This document shows positions 13,863 through 27,337 of a DNA stretch of 64,000 bases, in pieces (within the stretch, counting starts at the first letter, position 1; the number at the start of each line of letters is the position of its first letter). Source of the DNA: Marsupella aquatica (lineage: Eukaryota; Plantae; Marchantiophyta); the NCBI GenBank assembly GCA_973895155.1, contig OZ316897.1, forward strand, positions 19,843,224 to 19,907,223. Direction: 5' to 3'. Under the pieces are notes generated by a model. The model was not told where the DNA came from, ran no database searches, and was given only the letters and a program-made list of their open reading frames with translations. The position numbers and the translations under genes were made by a program.

Positions 13863-15842
13863 CTAGAATGGGGTCCTCCTACTCCTTGTCGCCGGCCTCT
13901 TCCCCTTGTCCCTCTTGCGACGATCTGAACGTGGCACAGGAGGTGGTGCTGGCTGCTCCTCCACATCTGGTTCCTCCTCATCCTCGTCCTCATCCTCTTC
14001 CTCATCCTCTTCCTCCCCCTCCTGCTGGGAAACTCCTCCTACTGGTCTAGATCCACTACTCCATCCTACCTTGGGCCCCTTTGTCGTGGTCCCCTCATTG
14101 TTCTCATCGGTGCTGCTGGTATCATTGGCATCCTCATCATCCTGTTTGCACAGCACAACCCCAAATTGGTTTAGGTTTACAGAATGAAAAGATAAGTGGA
14201 TTGGGTGGGAAAAACTGAAGGGGATACATGCACTTACAGTCGCCAACTCTACGTCAACCAAGTCAAAGAGATGTTTGGCTCCATGCGCAGCTCCTATCTC
14301 CATCTCTTTTGCTGTTATCTTCCTGCGGTACCTCTTATACTACCACAACCAAACATTCCAAAACCAAAATCGATCGAGGTTAATATGCTATAAACCCAAG
14401 AAAAATGCATGGAGGTGCTAATAGGGTGCCCCCTAGAACACAAAACTGGGCTCAATAACCCTTAGCGGTATTTTTTAAACATAATACACACTTGCGAAAC
14501 GCCCCACTTTGCAAATTCAAATAAATTGGCTGCTTGCAAAGTACTTTGCGAAGCGGGTTAGTTCGCAATAGCTTCGCATCTACAACTTTATAAAATGCCA
14601 TGATAGACTTTGCGAAACATTTGCGAAGCAACCCGCATCGCAAAAGCTTTGCAAACTCTGTTTTTAAAAAATTCCGAGAAATCTCTAAGGCACGCAATGT
14701 GTCAGGGTGACCTAAAGTACAAGGCAGGCCGTAAGAAAGAAACAAGAGGTATGCAGGGGGGGCATTGCAGGTTTGGATAGCAATTGAAAGCAAGGAAACA
14801 GAAGCAGGGGAGGAGAGGGCCCACTCACAAAGTGTGCTTTGAGGCCGGGAAGTCCACCTTGGCCCATCTTGTGCGTGGTCTTGGGCCGTTTGCTGACTCG
14901 CTCAGCTGCAAGGATGAATTTTTGGGGTGGTGCCCCCACTTCATCCACAATGTGCTGCATGTGAGACACCTTCTCAGCCATTGCCTTGAGGTCTCGGTCG
15001 GACTTCCCAGCCTTCTGTGCCTTGGCTTCCATCTCCTTCCAGAAGAGAAGGTTCCTGGCAGCTCTCATCTGCACCTCCACTTTGTAAAAGGCATTCCACA
15101 CATCCTCAGTGAATTGCAGTGGCCTCCTCACGTTTCTGTACTCCTCCAAGTTTGCCAGGTAGGCCCTTACCTTCTTCCTATCATGGTACCGTGCTTGAGA
15201 CATTGAATTGGAAATTCTATCTGCAAGCCATTGTTCATCAATCTCTGCTCCATTTCGAAATGAATCTTTGATTTGACTCATTATTTTCTTCTGGTCTGCC
15301 TTGCTGAGTTTCCCCCACTCAACTCCTCGTGCAAAATTGGAGCGCACCATAAGCCTGATAGTGCTCTTTGCCCCGGTGTAGGCCAGTTCAGTAGGAATGC
15401 CTTTGATCAAGGCAATCATAGGCAGCTTCTTCCTCTCTTCCTCCTTCTTTCGCTGCTCCTCCCGCTGTGCTCTTATCTCATCTCGTTCCTCTCTCCTCCT
15501 CTTCTTTTCTAGGGCAGCAGGTGAGATTACTCCTGCCTTGGCCCTCTCCTCCTTCTTACGCTTCTTCTCTCTTGCCTTCTGTTGAGCTGCACTCCTTTGC
15601 TCCTCCTCCCTTGCAATGTTCCCTGCATCTACTCCCGTTTGCAAGGCTTGCCCTAGGATTTCACTCAAAGAAGAAATCCCTGCTGGTGTAGTCAAATCTA
15701 AGTGGCTCAACTGTGCTGCATTGAGGTGCTCAGCCATCAAATCGGTCCATCAATTCCTCTCCTGCTCCCCATTGCCTTCATTCCCATTGCCACTGTCACT
15801 CACCCCTGCCCCATCACCTCCATTTGCTCCACTGGAATCCAT
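13863..15842 (-). pseudogene. CACTA TnpA (Ptta/En/Spm, Transposase_24)-like gene, 3 exons (15842-14829, 14339-14238, 14141-13863), in-frame TGA at 15752-15750
   Basis: Spliced product contains WGKLSKADQKKI...W...(R)YHDRKK...RPLQFTEDVWNAF...THKMGQGGLPGLKAHF|YKRYRRKITAKE, then an acidic/basic tail. GT-AG sites keep the frame. Confidence 0.55.
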
Positions 15843-17144
15843 AGCTAAGCCACCCCCCGAGCGCGCGCGAGCTTCCTTCTCCCTCCCTATGCTTGAAATT
15901 TGTCAAATGCTGTTGAGTACGCCGCGGCCGAGTGCAAAAGTACAAGCGGGTAAGGCTTGCGAAGCAACCCGTTTCGCAAGTTGCGATCCTTTTAGTTTCG
16001 CATGTAGTTTCTCAATTTTGCGAAACCATTGCGACGTGAAAGGCTTTGTAACACCTTCACTCTCTCACAGAAATGCTCTTGGGCTCTGTTTTTCTGAAGG
16101 TCGTGCAAAAGCAGCAGCTTCGCAAAACTCAATTCTAATTTGTGACGGTATTTGCGAAGGAAGCGGCTTCGCAAGACATTGGCAACTCGTCCTGGGGGGA
16201 ATGTTGGTTTCATTTGAAAGGGTATTTTTCAAAGGTGAAGTGGACCCCTCTATACTCATATTTGGAATGCTTTTTGGCCATGTTTTGGGTGTTAAATAAT
16301 AGTTGAAGGCGGGTTTGAAGGGTTAGGCAGATTTCAGGTTAATGGGTTATGTATGGTGTTGGTTTAGGCTAAGGTTTGGGTTTACATTAGTTTAGAAGAA
16401 ATAATAAAGGTGTGGGATTTGGTTTACAAGAAATAAGTAAGGTTTGGGTTTAGGGTTTTAGGGTTTGGGGTTTTTAAATAGAAAGGTCTCTAGGGTTGAA
16501 GAAAGGTTTGGGTTTGTGTGTAAGTCAGATTTAGGTTTAATAAGTAGGATGTGGTTTGGGGTTGAAGGTTTGGATAAGACAAAGCAAGGTTTCATGAGAT
16601 TTATATTGCAGCCTTTTGGGTTTAAGAGAGGTTCATTGGGTTTATGAATCAAAAAGGGATTGGCATGGGTTTTGCTAACAAAGGAGGGGAATATATGATA
16701 GCTTGCAGGGTGCGATACTTTTTGATGATTTGATACTAATGCATATGCATTGTGAGAGCCCGAGCATCTGAAAGGTAAACATTGCATGATCGGCTCAAGT
16801 GTTCCTTTCATGTACTTAACACTTTTGGTTGCCACTATGTATAAAGGGGACATGTATATAGGGTTTTTTTGTTCTTGTCTGGTCCAGATTATTGTGCTTA
16901 CATATACATGGAATGGTTGCAGCTTTTCCCTCATACTTTCAGATTGGGTTCATTAATTATCTTAGAGCCACAAGACCTATTGGCATTGCTGAGCCCGGGT
17001 CTCATAAAGGTACCTTTTTTTATTGCTATGGTCATTTTGGTTTGGGTTTCTTGTCATCATTATTTGGGAACTTTGATTTATATCATTTTGTGGTATGTTT
17101 TGGTCATAACATGCCCATTTTAATTATATCTTGTTACAGGGGAT

Positions 17145-18297
17145 ATGTCTTCATCTTCTGAAATCTCCACCACAGACTCGTCCTCCTCTGATGAAGATAC
17201 ACCACCTCCACCTCAACATCACACGACCGCACCTCCTCCTCGCGGTCCACCCCGTCAACTTTGTGAATGTTCCAGATGTGTGGGTCAGGTTTCCCAAAAA
17301 TCTTACATATGTGCCCAACATATTGAGAGATATGGGCGTTGTGGACGTCATACGGCAGGGGCTTCTTCATCTCATATGGTAAGTGTTATGCCTTAGTTTT
17401 CCTACCCTATTCCCATTACTCAATGGTTGAAGGTTTTTAATTTCACACCTACTTTTGTTTGTTTTGGTTTCGGTGGAATAGGTATCCAATAGGCCTAGAC
17501 CTGCGGCACAAGCACCCTATGTCCCATCACAAGGTGTTCTAGATGCTATAGGCAATGCATTCTCAAAAGCTTTGGGTCTAGCGGCAAGGCCCACCAGTCC
17601 TAGGGAAGTTGGGGTTGAGGCTATTGTCCCAAGAGGGAGAAAGCGTTCCAAGAGGCGGGCCCGAGGGGATACTGATTTGTACAAGACAGTGGTTACGGGT
17701 AGGTGGGGTGATTATGAGTTCACTGGTAGATGTGTCCCTATCATCAAGGACTGGGATCCTGAGACTCTTGGTTTGCCACAACAGGTTTCCTACGGTGCGG
17801 AGGTAGAGGTTTGGGGTAGACGTTGGGTTATCAAACCTTCCACACTTGGGGATAGACATGGCTATGGAGTTTTTGCCTGTGAGGACATCATTGTGGGCGC
17901 CAAGAGTGGTAGAGGTGGACGCGGCCAAGAGGGGCCTACTTTGTTTCCTTATGGTGGACCCATCTACAAGAGAAGACATTGGAACATGATCCTTGCACAA
18001 CACCCTGAGTGGAAGACTTATGCATTGGACATGGATACTTTTGATGGAAACACTAGAAGGTATAGTGAGCAGCGTGTCATAGATGGGGACCCCATACGGA
18101 CTGGGAATATTGCTGGTTTCATAAACAGTACCGTGGGGACTCGCCCTAAGCGTAGGCAAAATTGTGAGTGGGTTTTCATTGAGGGTCCTCTGCCAGCACC
18201 TTATGGCCAGACATATCATCATGACCATTGCCTAGTTGTAGCGACGAGGACCATTAACTCAGGGGATGAGTTATTTACTCACTATGAGTGGGATTAG
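17145..18297 (+). CDS. SET-domain protein with N-terminal CxCxxC...C..H zinc motif, 2 coding exons (17145-17378, 17482-18297)
   Basis: SET motifs IKPSTLG..GYGVFA, GNIAGFINST..NC, VVATRTINSGDELFTHY. Exon 1 has CECSRC...YICAQHIERYG. The intron is phase 0 GT-AG and I found no stops. Confidence 0.8.
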
Positions 18298-19011
18298 GGT
18301 TAAGTTAAGGGTCATAGGTGGTATGTTGCATATCAAAGGACACTACATATGGCCTTTGGCCACATTTTTTATTTGCACCACAACCTCGAGTGGACGGTGC
18401 TTCTGACGGGGAGGAGGAGGAGGAGGAGGGAGGGGATGACATGGCAGAATCGCACAATGCAAATGATATTGAGAAGGACCTCGGGAAGGTTGGTGTGAGC
18501 TGGTTGTCTGTACAGGGTTCTTGGTCAAGTTGCCCAATCTACAAGGCAGCGTCACAAATTGATGAACACATCACCTTTCAAAGATTAGTTGCGTTGAGGC
18601 TTGATTTTCGTGCAATTGGACTTCACCATGGTATCCCTGTACGGTGGAATACCGTATAGTAATACCATGGAAAGTCCCAAGTGCGACAAAAAGAAAGATA
18701 CTATGGGATATGACAGAGGCGCCGTCTGAATACTGACCAGGATGCAGACCGTAGGATGTGTGAGATGCAGGTCAGACGTGAGCGTGTGATGGTGACGCTA
18801 TGGTGCTTCGCACGGGGTATGATCAGGGACGGCACGGGTCACGAACATCATTGGATTCTGGGTCGGACGTGACATAATGGATGGGTATTACCAGGTTACT
18901 TGGGAACGTGATAAAATGTACGTTGGGGTAGTGAAAGGGCGGTGCCACCGATCGGAGATAATCTTTGTTGTGAGATCTACTACTGAAACTGCAGTGACTA
19001 AATGATGCATG

Positions 19012-22000
19012 TGTCAAACACTTGCCAAGGAGCTTAAGCGGCTTTTCTCCCCAAAAGACTACCTAATACCTGCTCCATGTCATACCAGGGTCACAAAGGA
19101 TTGACAAAACTTCTGAAGTGTGCTTACAATGTCCAATCACTCCATACATAAGTAGTTTCAACTCTCCACTTCTAGAGAGGTAGTCCCCTTGACTACTTTT
19201 GTACTCACCCCTTCCCCTCTCCTCTACTCCAAGGATCAGCAAGGGGGATCTCCGCTCCAAGCTGTCACCTTAGAGTAGATTCTCACACAAACACCCAAGA
19301 ACCCCAAAGTACTTTCCTCTTCAAGCTTAAGTCTCCTCAAGACCCTCAAAGTAGTGTTACCCCTCAACCTTGCCCCCCTGGCCTTGGTTTGGGTCCACAC
19401 ATCCCCTTTGAGCCCTAGAGAAGGCTCCTCTATCTAAGGACTCTTCCTCTTGTTCTTACTTCTTGTTAACACCACACACCAAGCAAAGTACTTTCCACCC
19501 TCAAGCTATAATCCTCTCTAAGTCTCAAAGTAATGCTATACCTTAACCTTGCCTCCTTGGCCTTGGTTTTGTACTAGCACATCCCCTTCAAGCTTAGACC
19601 AAGATTATACCATAGCATGGACTCTTCTCTTGCTCTCATATACTTCAAATGCACTCACACTTAATGGTCACAATGAAGATTGGTAAGTCTCCTTTTATTG
19701 CATCACCTTTACAACAAAAGTTCACTACACATTCTCCACACTAAGCATGGACCACCTCTCCTTTCTCAAGCTTAGCCCTACCTTGGCAAGGTAGAGATTT
19801 CACTTAAGAGATGAGACTCCCGGTCCCTAACAAATGAAAACTTCCTCCTTATATACTATCTCCTTCCACATCACACCAAGCTTGACCTGGGGTCCAACTA
19901 TACCTCCCCCAAGTCCTCCTAACACACAAAGTCCAACTCTATAGTTCATAGCCCACCCTACTACTTGCTATTTTGCCTCCTTCCAAGCCCTGGAATATGC
20001 CACACATGAGTGGTATGCTTTGACTTCCAAACCTACTCCCACTTATGGTCCTCCTCACCAGCTTACCAACCCACTTGAAAGCTCGCAAAAAGAGTGAGTG
20101 AGTCTCAAGTTGTGCCTAGTCAAAGTTGGCCTTATTTTACTTGTAACCCCTTTACTACCCTAAGTAAACTACCCCCTATATTTACTTTTCTTAACTTGAT
20201 GGCCTTACACCTTTGGCCAAAGGTAAGTACCCTTCTCTAGAGCCTAACTCAAGTGGTATGGGTGCAAGAAAGGTCAGCCCCTAAATCTGGTATTCATTCC
20301 CCTATGCCGACTTTGGTTTGCAAGTTGTCGGGACTCCCTCGTGGCCTCGGTTAAAAATATATTTGAGTGATTACTTTTCTGGGGTTCCACCTTCACCAGG
20401 GGGTGCCTTATCTTCCCCTAACTCAGCACAAAAAAATTTGGGCCCCAACGGATACCTCTAGCCAAAGTTATGCCCATTCTCCCAAGGCCTGTTTTTGGTG
20501 TAAAGCGGGTGTAAGCGGCGGCCCGATTACACTTACCTTACATGCCCCTTATGGGGATTCCACGTGTCATGAGGGGAGAGCACTCTCATTATACTCATGT
20601 TTCTTATGAAGAAATTGTAAGGACAGCAATGTTTGCAGCCATTTCTCTCTCGTGAATTCAATCTAAAACCACAGCATTCTCTATTGGATTCTTTCTTGTG
20701 CAGCAGTCCAGCTGATCAGCCGCCAGCCCCTCAATTTCACAGCCACCATAGCTCACAGCCAGCCTAGTCAATTTCGCAGCTAGCCCACCTCTTCAATTTT
20801 GCCGCTAGCAACACAGTCAATTTCGCAGCTAGCAGCACAGTCACATCAGCGCATTTACAGCACAACAACAGCAGATTTGAAGCACAGCAGCAGCAACCAT
20901 AGCTTGATTCCTTCTCAGTCAAGCAGGTCTCTCTTCTCAATTTCGTAGCTGCCCACCTTTGCAATTTCGCAGCTAGCAGCAGCATCATTCAATTCAGCAG
21001 CATCAAGGCAGCAGCCAGCCAATTCTCATGAGCATCTCGTGCCTGATTAGTAGGAGCACCTCTAATCTAGTGTGCAGCTGTCATAGCAGCAAGCAGCCTT
21101 CCCAATTCAAAGCCAGCAGCGATCCTAATTTGCAGCCATAGCTCTTTTCCTTCTCAGCAGCCATAGCTTCTTCAATCAGCAACAGCCCTTGCTTCTTCAA
21201 TCAGCAGCAGCCATTTCAATTCAGCCGCCCTTCCTTCAATTCAGCCGCCCTTGTGCTCAATTGATTCCTCAAGTAATCATGCAGCACCTTTGGACAGCCT
21301 CCCGGTGCTTGACGTCCTCACCAGCCTCGTGCTTGCTCCTCCTTGCCTCGTGCTCGCTCCTCCTTGCCTCGTGCTCGCCGCGTGATCGTCGCCCACGCGG
21401 TTTACACTTAGAAAAAAATACATTTTTTTTTTGGAAAAACAGCATTTTGGGGCGATTTTGGACCCCCCTCCAAAACTCACACATAAGTCCAAAAGGACTT
21501 CTGAGTAGCTCCACTGATTCTATGGACATAGGACTATGTCCGGGTTTACTAAGATATAAACAAAACCCTATAACAACTTTTCTAAAATTAGGCAAAGAGG
21601 GTCAAGTCTTTATGTCTTCCAAAATTCTTCTCAACTTTGAGATGCTCCCAAAAAGTAACCAAGTGTGACAAAGTTGTCCCACAAGTTTCTAGGGATAGAG
21701 GGGACCATACTTAACCCACTTCCAAACTTGGAACCCCTACATTTACCCATCAGCTATTTTTCCCGGGACCCGCTATTTGGTAACTTTGATTTTTGCCAAA
21801 ATACTTATAACTCCTAGGTTAAGACCCCACTTGACTTCATACTTTTTCAGGGTTCCCTAGGGACCTCCCAGCACCCATGGGAGAAATATCAGCCAAAAAT
21901 AAGATGTCCGGTGTCGGGTCATTTTTCGGTCCCGACTTAGTCGCCTATTATAACTAAGGACGGACTAGTTTCCTGCCCCTCCTATAGTAACTTGCTTACC

Positions 22001-22139
22001 CCTAGATAACTTTGCATAACTAAATTCCCTCTTACCTCTACTAAGCTTCCCTTCTTACTTAAGTGCCCTAAACCTAGCTACTCTGATAGCACTAAAACTT
22101 TTTCCCTAACTATTTCCTCTTCTAAACGAAAGAATGTCA
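19012..22139. mobile_element. Non-coding LTR-like block (TG...CA), possible solo LTR
   Basis: Begins tgtcaaacac and ends aatgtca. It has strong strand skew, an internal ~180-bp direct repeat (19300-19460/19480-19630), a CAG-rich tract and a 21-bp x3 repeat at 21323-21380. No TSD found, so ends are uncertain. Confidence 0.35.
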
Positions 22140-22381
22140 TGTTTCTCTACACTAGCTGACACTGAGCCATCCCACAGCATGCCACTGCGCACATGAACGC
22201 CCTATGAGGAATTCCTTATAAGCTTTGGGCAATGGTGCGAGCTCCTGAGCTCCAGTCTTTGATTGTGTAGGTTTCGTAAATCTTTGTGGCTGACAAGTCT
22301 GCCATTGGATAACACTTGGGGTGTTAGCGACGGAAGCAAGTATCGACGAGCGCGGGGTGACGTTGGAGGATTGGTGAAAGT

Positions 22382-25300
22382 ATGGTTCGTCGACATGATC
22401 GTCCAGCGCCGGTCGCATTGTTGATGCAGAGCGACGAGGATATCACAGATCGTATGTACCCCTCTTTCACTCAACTCCTTTGGTTCTTAATTCCGCATGA
22501 AGTATATTGATCGATTGTTAGAATGGCGCAACTAAGGCCTGCTTTGTTTGTACAGTCGTGACGGAGACGATTTGGAAGTCATGCTCGGGGAGGGTAATAC
22601 GGCATTATCTAGGGATGGCCCCTGCAGACCATAATTTAGCTAGAAAAGCTGGTTTGGTTCCATGTTTTGAACTCGACTGGCCCAGAGTTGCAATTCCTGC
22701 TGTAAAGGAGTTCGCAGTAGGGTATGATCAAGGTCGAAACTGTGTGTCATTCCGGGGTGCAACTCACACATTCAACAGAGAGGTATTGCGAGCTGCATTT
22801 GCTTTTCCGTCTGGAGAATGGGCCCGATTTAAACCTGGGTTGGTCCAAGGTCAACTAAATTCCATGTTTTCTGCCAAGACGAAAGGCAACCCATACAGTC
22901 TAGACAAAATCACTGCGCCATATATGCAGTGGTGTGGGATAATCAGGGCGATTTCTGAATTGCTCTCAGGCAAGAGCAAACCCACTCAAGTCACCTCAAA
23001 AGACATGTGGGTATACTGGGCGTATTGGTGGGATACGATTAGGGTACGTGATCGTTTTAGAGGAGCTGAAACTCCCGTGGTGAAGCCCGATTGGGCACAT
23101 TTGGTGTACGATAATCTGACGAGTGAGATCCTCAGGTTAAAGTCACACCTATCGAAGAATGGTGTCGTAGACAAACGACTTCCTTGCTATTGTGGCACTG
23201 CTATAACGCAGATTCTTGTACACTACGAGTATTCGCTGGAGGAGCTTATGGTCGAACAACACGAAGATGATCATGAGGAGGACGACAAGGAGGAAGGGGA
23301 CAATGGCTCACAAGAGGACGAGGAAGGGGAGGCTGGCTCACAAGAGGACAAGGACGGGGACAGTGGCTCACAGGAGGACGAGGAAGGGGATGACGGATCA
23401 CGAGAGGACGAGGAAGGAGAAGATGGCTCACGAGAGGATGAGGAAGGGGATGGTGTGTCTGACGGTGAGGGGCAGCCATCGGAGGTTGCGCCCCAATTCT
23501 CTAGGGATGAACAAAAATGTCCTCAGGGTGAGCACAAATCGCCGCCCTCTGTGCCAGAGTGCATGCGTGTTCTATCACAGCACATACGTGCGCTAGAGGT
23601 TGATCTTGCAGAAAAACCGGACATGCTACGAGAAGCAGTGGAGAATCATAAAAAAATGGTCCTCGATTTGATGAAAGAAAACGACAGACAGAGAGTCCGC
23701 ATATTAGAATTGGAAAGGCAGGTTGGGTTGCATTCAGAACAAGTTGGCAGTGAGACATCGAGTGGAGAAGGTGAGAGCGGAGGTGACGAGAGATGTTGTG
23801 AGGTTCTGGTAGGTCTTGGTGCTAGGGTACTTGCAGGTTATGATGCAGAGGCATCACAGCGTAGCCCAATTTCAGAGTTACCGCCAGTTTCTAGTGTTCC
23901 AGCTATAGTAGAGGTACCAGCAGCAGCACCAGCAGAAGCAGGTACTTTCCCAATTTATTATCCTGGTGTTCCAGCTATAGTAGAGGTACCAGTAGCAGCA
24001 CCAGCAGAAGCAGGTACTTTCCCAATTCATTATCCTACTTCAAAGATACAGCGAGAGGAGTCTATGTCAAGTGGAGGTGACTCACCAGTTTTGGTAGAGT
24101 TACAGGCAGCCGCACCACCAGTACTTGCAGAGGTACCGGCATCAGAAGAAGAGATGTCACTTTTAGAACGAGAGGCACCAAATGCTGCACCAACATCAAA
24201 AGTAGAGGTCTCAGCTACAGAGGAGGACAAATCGTCGGGTGCAATTGCATCAGAAGTACCAGGGTCACCTCCGATTTCTGTTCTATTTCATGTTCCAACT
24301 AAGAGTCCGGGATGGGAGGCTAGGACGAGTCACATTTCACGACAACCAAATTTGCCTCGTGCTTCAAAGAGAGGGCAAGAGGACTCTATTCCGAGTGGCA
24401 GTCACTCACCAACGAAGAGGAGGGCTATCGAAGTGGAGGAAGAGGAAGAGGTAGAGGAAGAAGAAGAAGAAGATGAAGTGGAGGCTGACGAGCATTCAGA
24501 ACAAGACATTCACTGGGAAGAGTGTGCCACAGAGAGTGGAAAGGTTAGCAATTTTTTTCCTTTGTTGTGTGATTACTGTTTTTTCAGAAACAATGTTCAA
24601 GCATATCTAACTTGGCTGTGAGCGAGATCCGCAGATTGATATCCAAGGGTCTCACTTGACAGAGGAGGCATGCCCTCCACCTGGTACAATGACTACAGCT
24701 CTATATCCACACCAATGGATTGGTCTTGCATGGATGTTGGAACGTGAATCCGGAAAAAGCTCTCCAATTGGTGGGATGTTGGCGGATGACCAGGTACAAA
24801 AGCCCCCAAATTAAGCCGAAGTCGCACTCATTATTTTCATTCAGCGGGATACTTTGGGGTATTTTTGGAGTATGTTAGGGGTACGCGCGCACCTTGTCTG
24901 CAAGTGAGTGGGTCCTTGACCATTTTCTTGGCTTGGATTTTTTTAGGGAATGGGGAAAACCATGCATGTCATAGCGCTATTTCTCGCAAATTGCCCTCAT
25001 AAGTGTGGGCCAACTCTAGTTGTTTGTCCAACCAACGTGGTGATTCAATGGGGCCAAGAAATAGCTGCAAGGACCTCCAAGATAGCAAAAGTGAAGGTCC
25101 TCCTCTACCACAACAAGAGGAATAAAGACATCAACTTTATTTCAAGCCATGACGTGGTTGTCACTACGTACTCAATCATGACAGGGGAGTCTCCCATTGC
25201 TCCAAAGACGTCCAACATGCCAAAAGGGAGTATGAAGAGACCTGTAAAAAAACCTAGACTTGCAGGTTCACTGTTTAAGATTAGTTGGCTTAGAGTAGTC

Positions 25301-27337
25301 CTGGATGAGTGTCATGTCATGAAAAATAAAACTAGTCAAAATTTCAAGGCCTCGCGTTGTCTCAAGGCAGAGAGGAGGTGGTGCCTAAGCGGTACACCCA
25401 TACAGAACGAGGCTTCTGATCTGTTTCCTTACTTCAGTTTTTTGAGGTATTATCCTCTAGGAGAGTGGAAGGAATTCTTGCAGTTAAAGAAGCTACTGAA
25501 GACAAGGCCAAAGATAGCGAATGGCATCCTCTCGAAACACTTGGTTGCGATTGCCCTCAGGAGAGACAAAAGTAAGCGTGCATGCATATATCATGGTAGA
25601 GTTCACTTTGTTTAATCCCAAGCCTGATTTCTTTATCAATTGTGCATTTACCCTGCCACTGTGCTTACATGCAGGCATACTCCCACTGCCCCCTAAGACG
25701 ATCGAGGTGCAAATTGTTGAATGGAGAACACAGCAAGAACGAAACACTTATTTTGATCAGGAGGAAAAGAGTAAGGAGTTATACAAGGTACGTAAGGCTC
25801 TTAATAATCCCCAATGTTGAAGACGTATGAGAGTTCAATTTGATCCCTTGAAGGTGTCTGTTCGGTGGCAATTAATGTGCCTGTAATGTTGTAGGAATTC
25901 CGTGACGCCGAAAGAGGTGCCTTATCGAATGTGTTGAGCGTTCTGATTTGGTTGCGACAATTTGCAATGCACCCGAAACTTCCTTCCTTATGTAAAATTT
26001 GCGAAGAGGAGATCGGGAACAAAGTGCAAAGAACGCCCCTTAGTGAGCCTCAACGAGCCCGACTCGTGTCAGAGTTTCAGCAATTGAAGATTGGAAGTGC
26101 TTGCGTGGACTGCAAGGTGAGTATAGTCACTCTGTGTATGGGGTATGATTGGGGTATTATTGGGGTATGATTGAGTTATTTCAGTTAACGTGCTTTGCCT
26201 AACAATTTCTGCACGCACTCACTTTAACGGTTGGATTGTGCAGGGGGGCTTGATTGGAAGTCCATTTCAGATTTCTGGCTGTGGCCATGTATACTGTGGC
26301 ATTTGTGCAATAGACCGGGAAGCTGGAACCTGCAAATCGGCAAAATGTTCAAAATACGTGACAGCCTAGGTCCTATACAGGCCAGCTGATTTGAGGCTAG
26401 TGAATGGTGGTGCGGAGTCAAAAGGGAAGGCGTGAAGAGAATATGATGTCCGACACCCACCTTCTCCAAAATTTGATGCAGTCTTGGAATACCTGAAGTC
26501 GATTCCGCTGGACACTACAGGACAGGGCAGCAGCAAAAGCTTTGTGCCCAGGCAGAAGGCTCTTGTTTTCTCACAATGGACTTCGTGTCTCGACATGCTT
26601 GAGCCACACATTCTGAAGGCTGGTCTAAAGTTCACAAGGATTGATGGAGGAATGAATTCCAATGTCAGAGAACAAGCCTTGAATGATTTCAAGACGACCC
26701 CAGAGGTACAACCGTCATTATCCGTGCAGATCGGTGTCTGTATTTGTTCAAAGGGTAAACTCTTTATATTCTAATTAAACTGTTTCTACTCATTTCATGC
26801 AGATCAGCATTATCCTCTTGTCCTTGATGGCAACGAACACAGGACTCAACATCACTGAGGCTACACATGTTCTTATGGTAGACGGGTGGTGGAATCCCAC
26901 GGTAGAGGACCAGGCCGTCGATCGGTCACATCGTATAGGGCAAACAAGGCCGGTGAAAGTCGTCAGGTTTATCGCCGAAGATTCGATTGAGTTGAAGATT
27001 TTGGAGCTGCAGGTAAGATTAGAAGTGCTTGCGTGGACTGCAAGGTGAATAAAGTCACTCTGTGTATGGGGTATTATTGGGGTATTATTGGGGTATTTCA
27101 GTTCGCGTGCTTTGCCTAACAATTCCTGCACGCACTCACTAGTAATGATGAATTACGAATTCCATATATGTGGTCTCTAATTGTACGCATGTTGCATGTT
27201 TTGTGTAGAACAAAAAATGAGTGATGATCAGGGACATCATGTATGGCTGTGCAACCGGGAAAAAAGATAACATGGAACAAAATGTGGAGTTCATACTGGG
27301 AGAGAATCGGCAGCAGAGGTTCAATGCATCAGAGTAG
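22382..27337 (+). pseudogene. RAD5/16-like SNF2 helicase with RING finger, fused to an N-terminal plant-mobile-domain-like region. Exons approx. 22382-22451, 22556-24543, 24635-24793, 24947-25571, 25675-25787, 25895-26116, 26244-26705, 26803-27012, 27209-27337
   Basis: LYPHQWIGLAWM..GGMLADDQ|[78 protein letters not shown]. In-frame stops at 26367 (TAG), 26433 (TGA) and 27218 (TGA). Confidence 0.85.
23270..23452 (+). repeat. Coding 30-bp (10-aa GSQEDEEGxx) tandem repeat, ~6 units
   Basis: ggctcacaagaggacgaggaagggga units. A separate 72-bp coding duplication lies at about 23895-24035. Confidence 0.85.

Noticed and set aside
15616-16299. 227-aa plus-strand ORF and other antisense ORFs over called genes
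   Set aside because: Shadow frames of real coding sequence or motif arrays with no protein features.
16440-16470. TTTAGGG-like tracts (also 13738-13756, 29881-29914) as a telomere or fusion site
   Set aside because: Only 2-4 imperfect units each, consistent with telo-box-like or TE-internal sequence.
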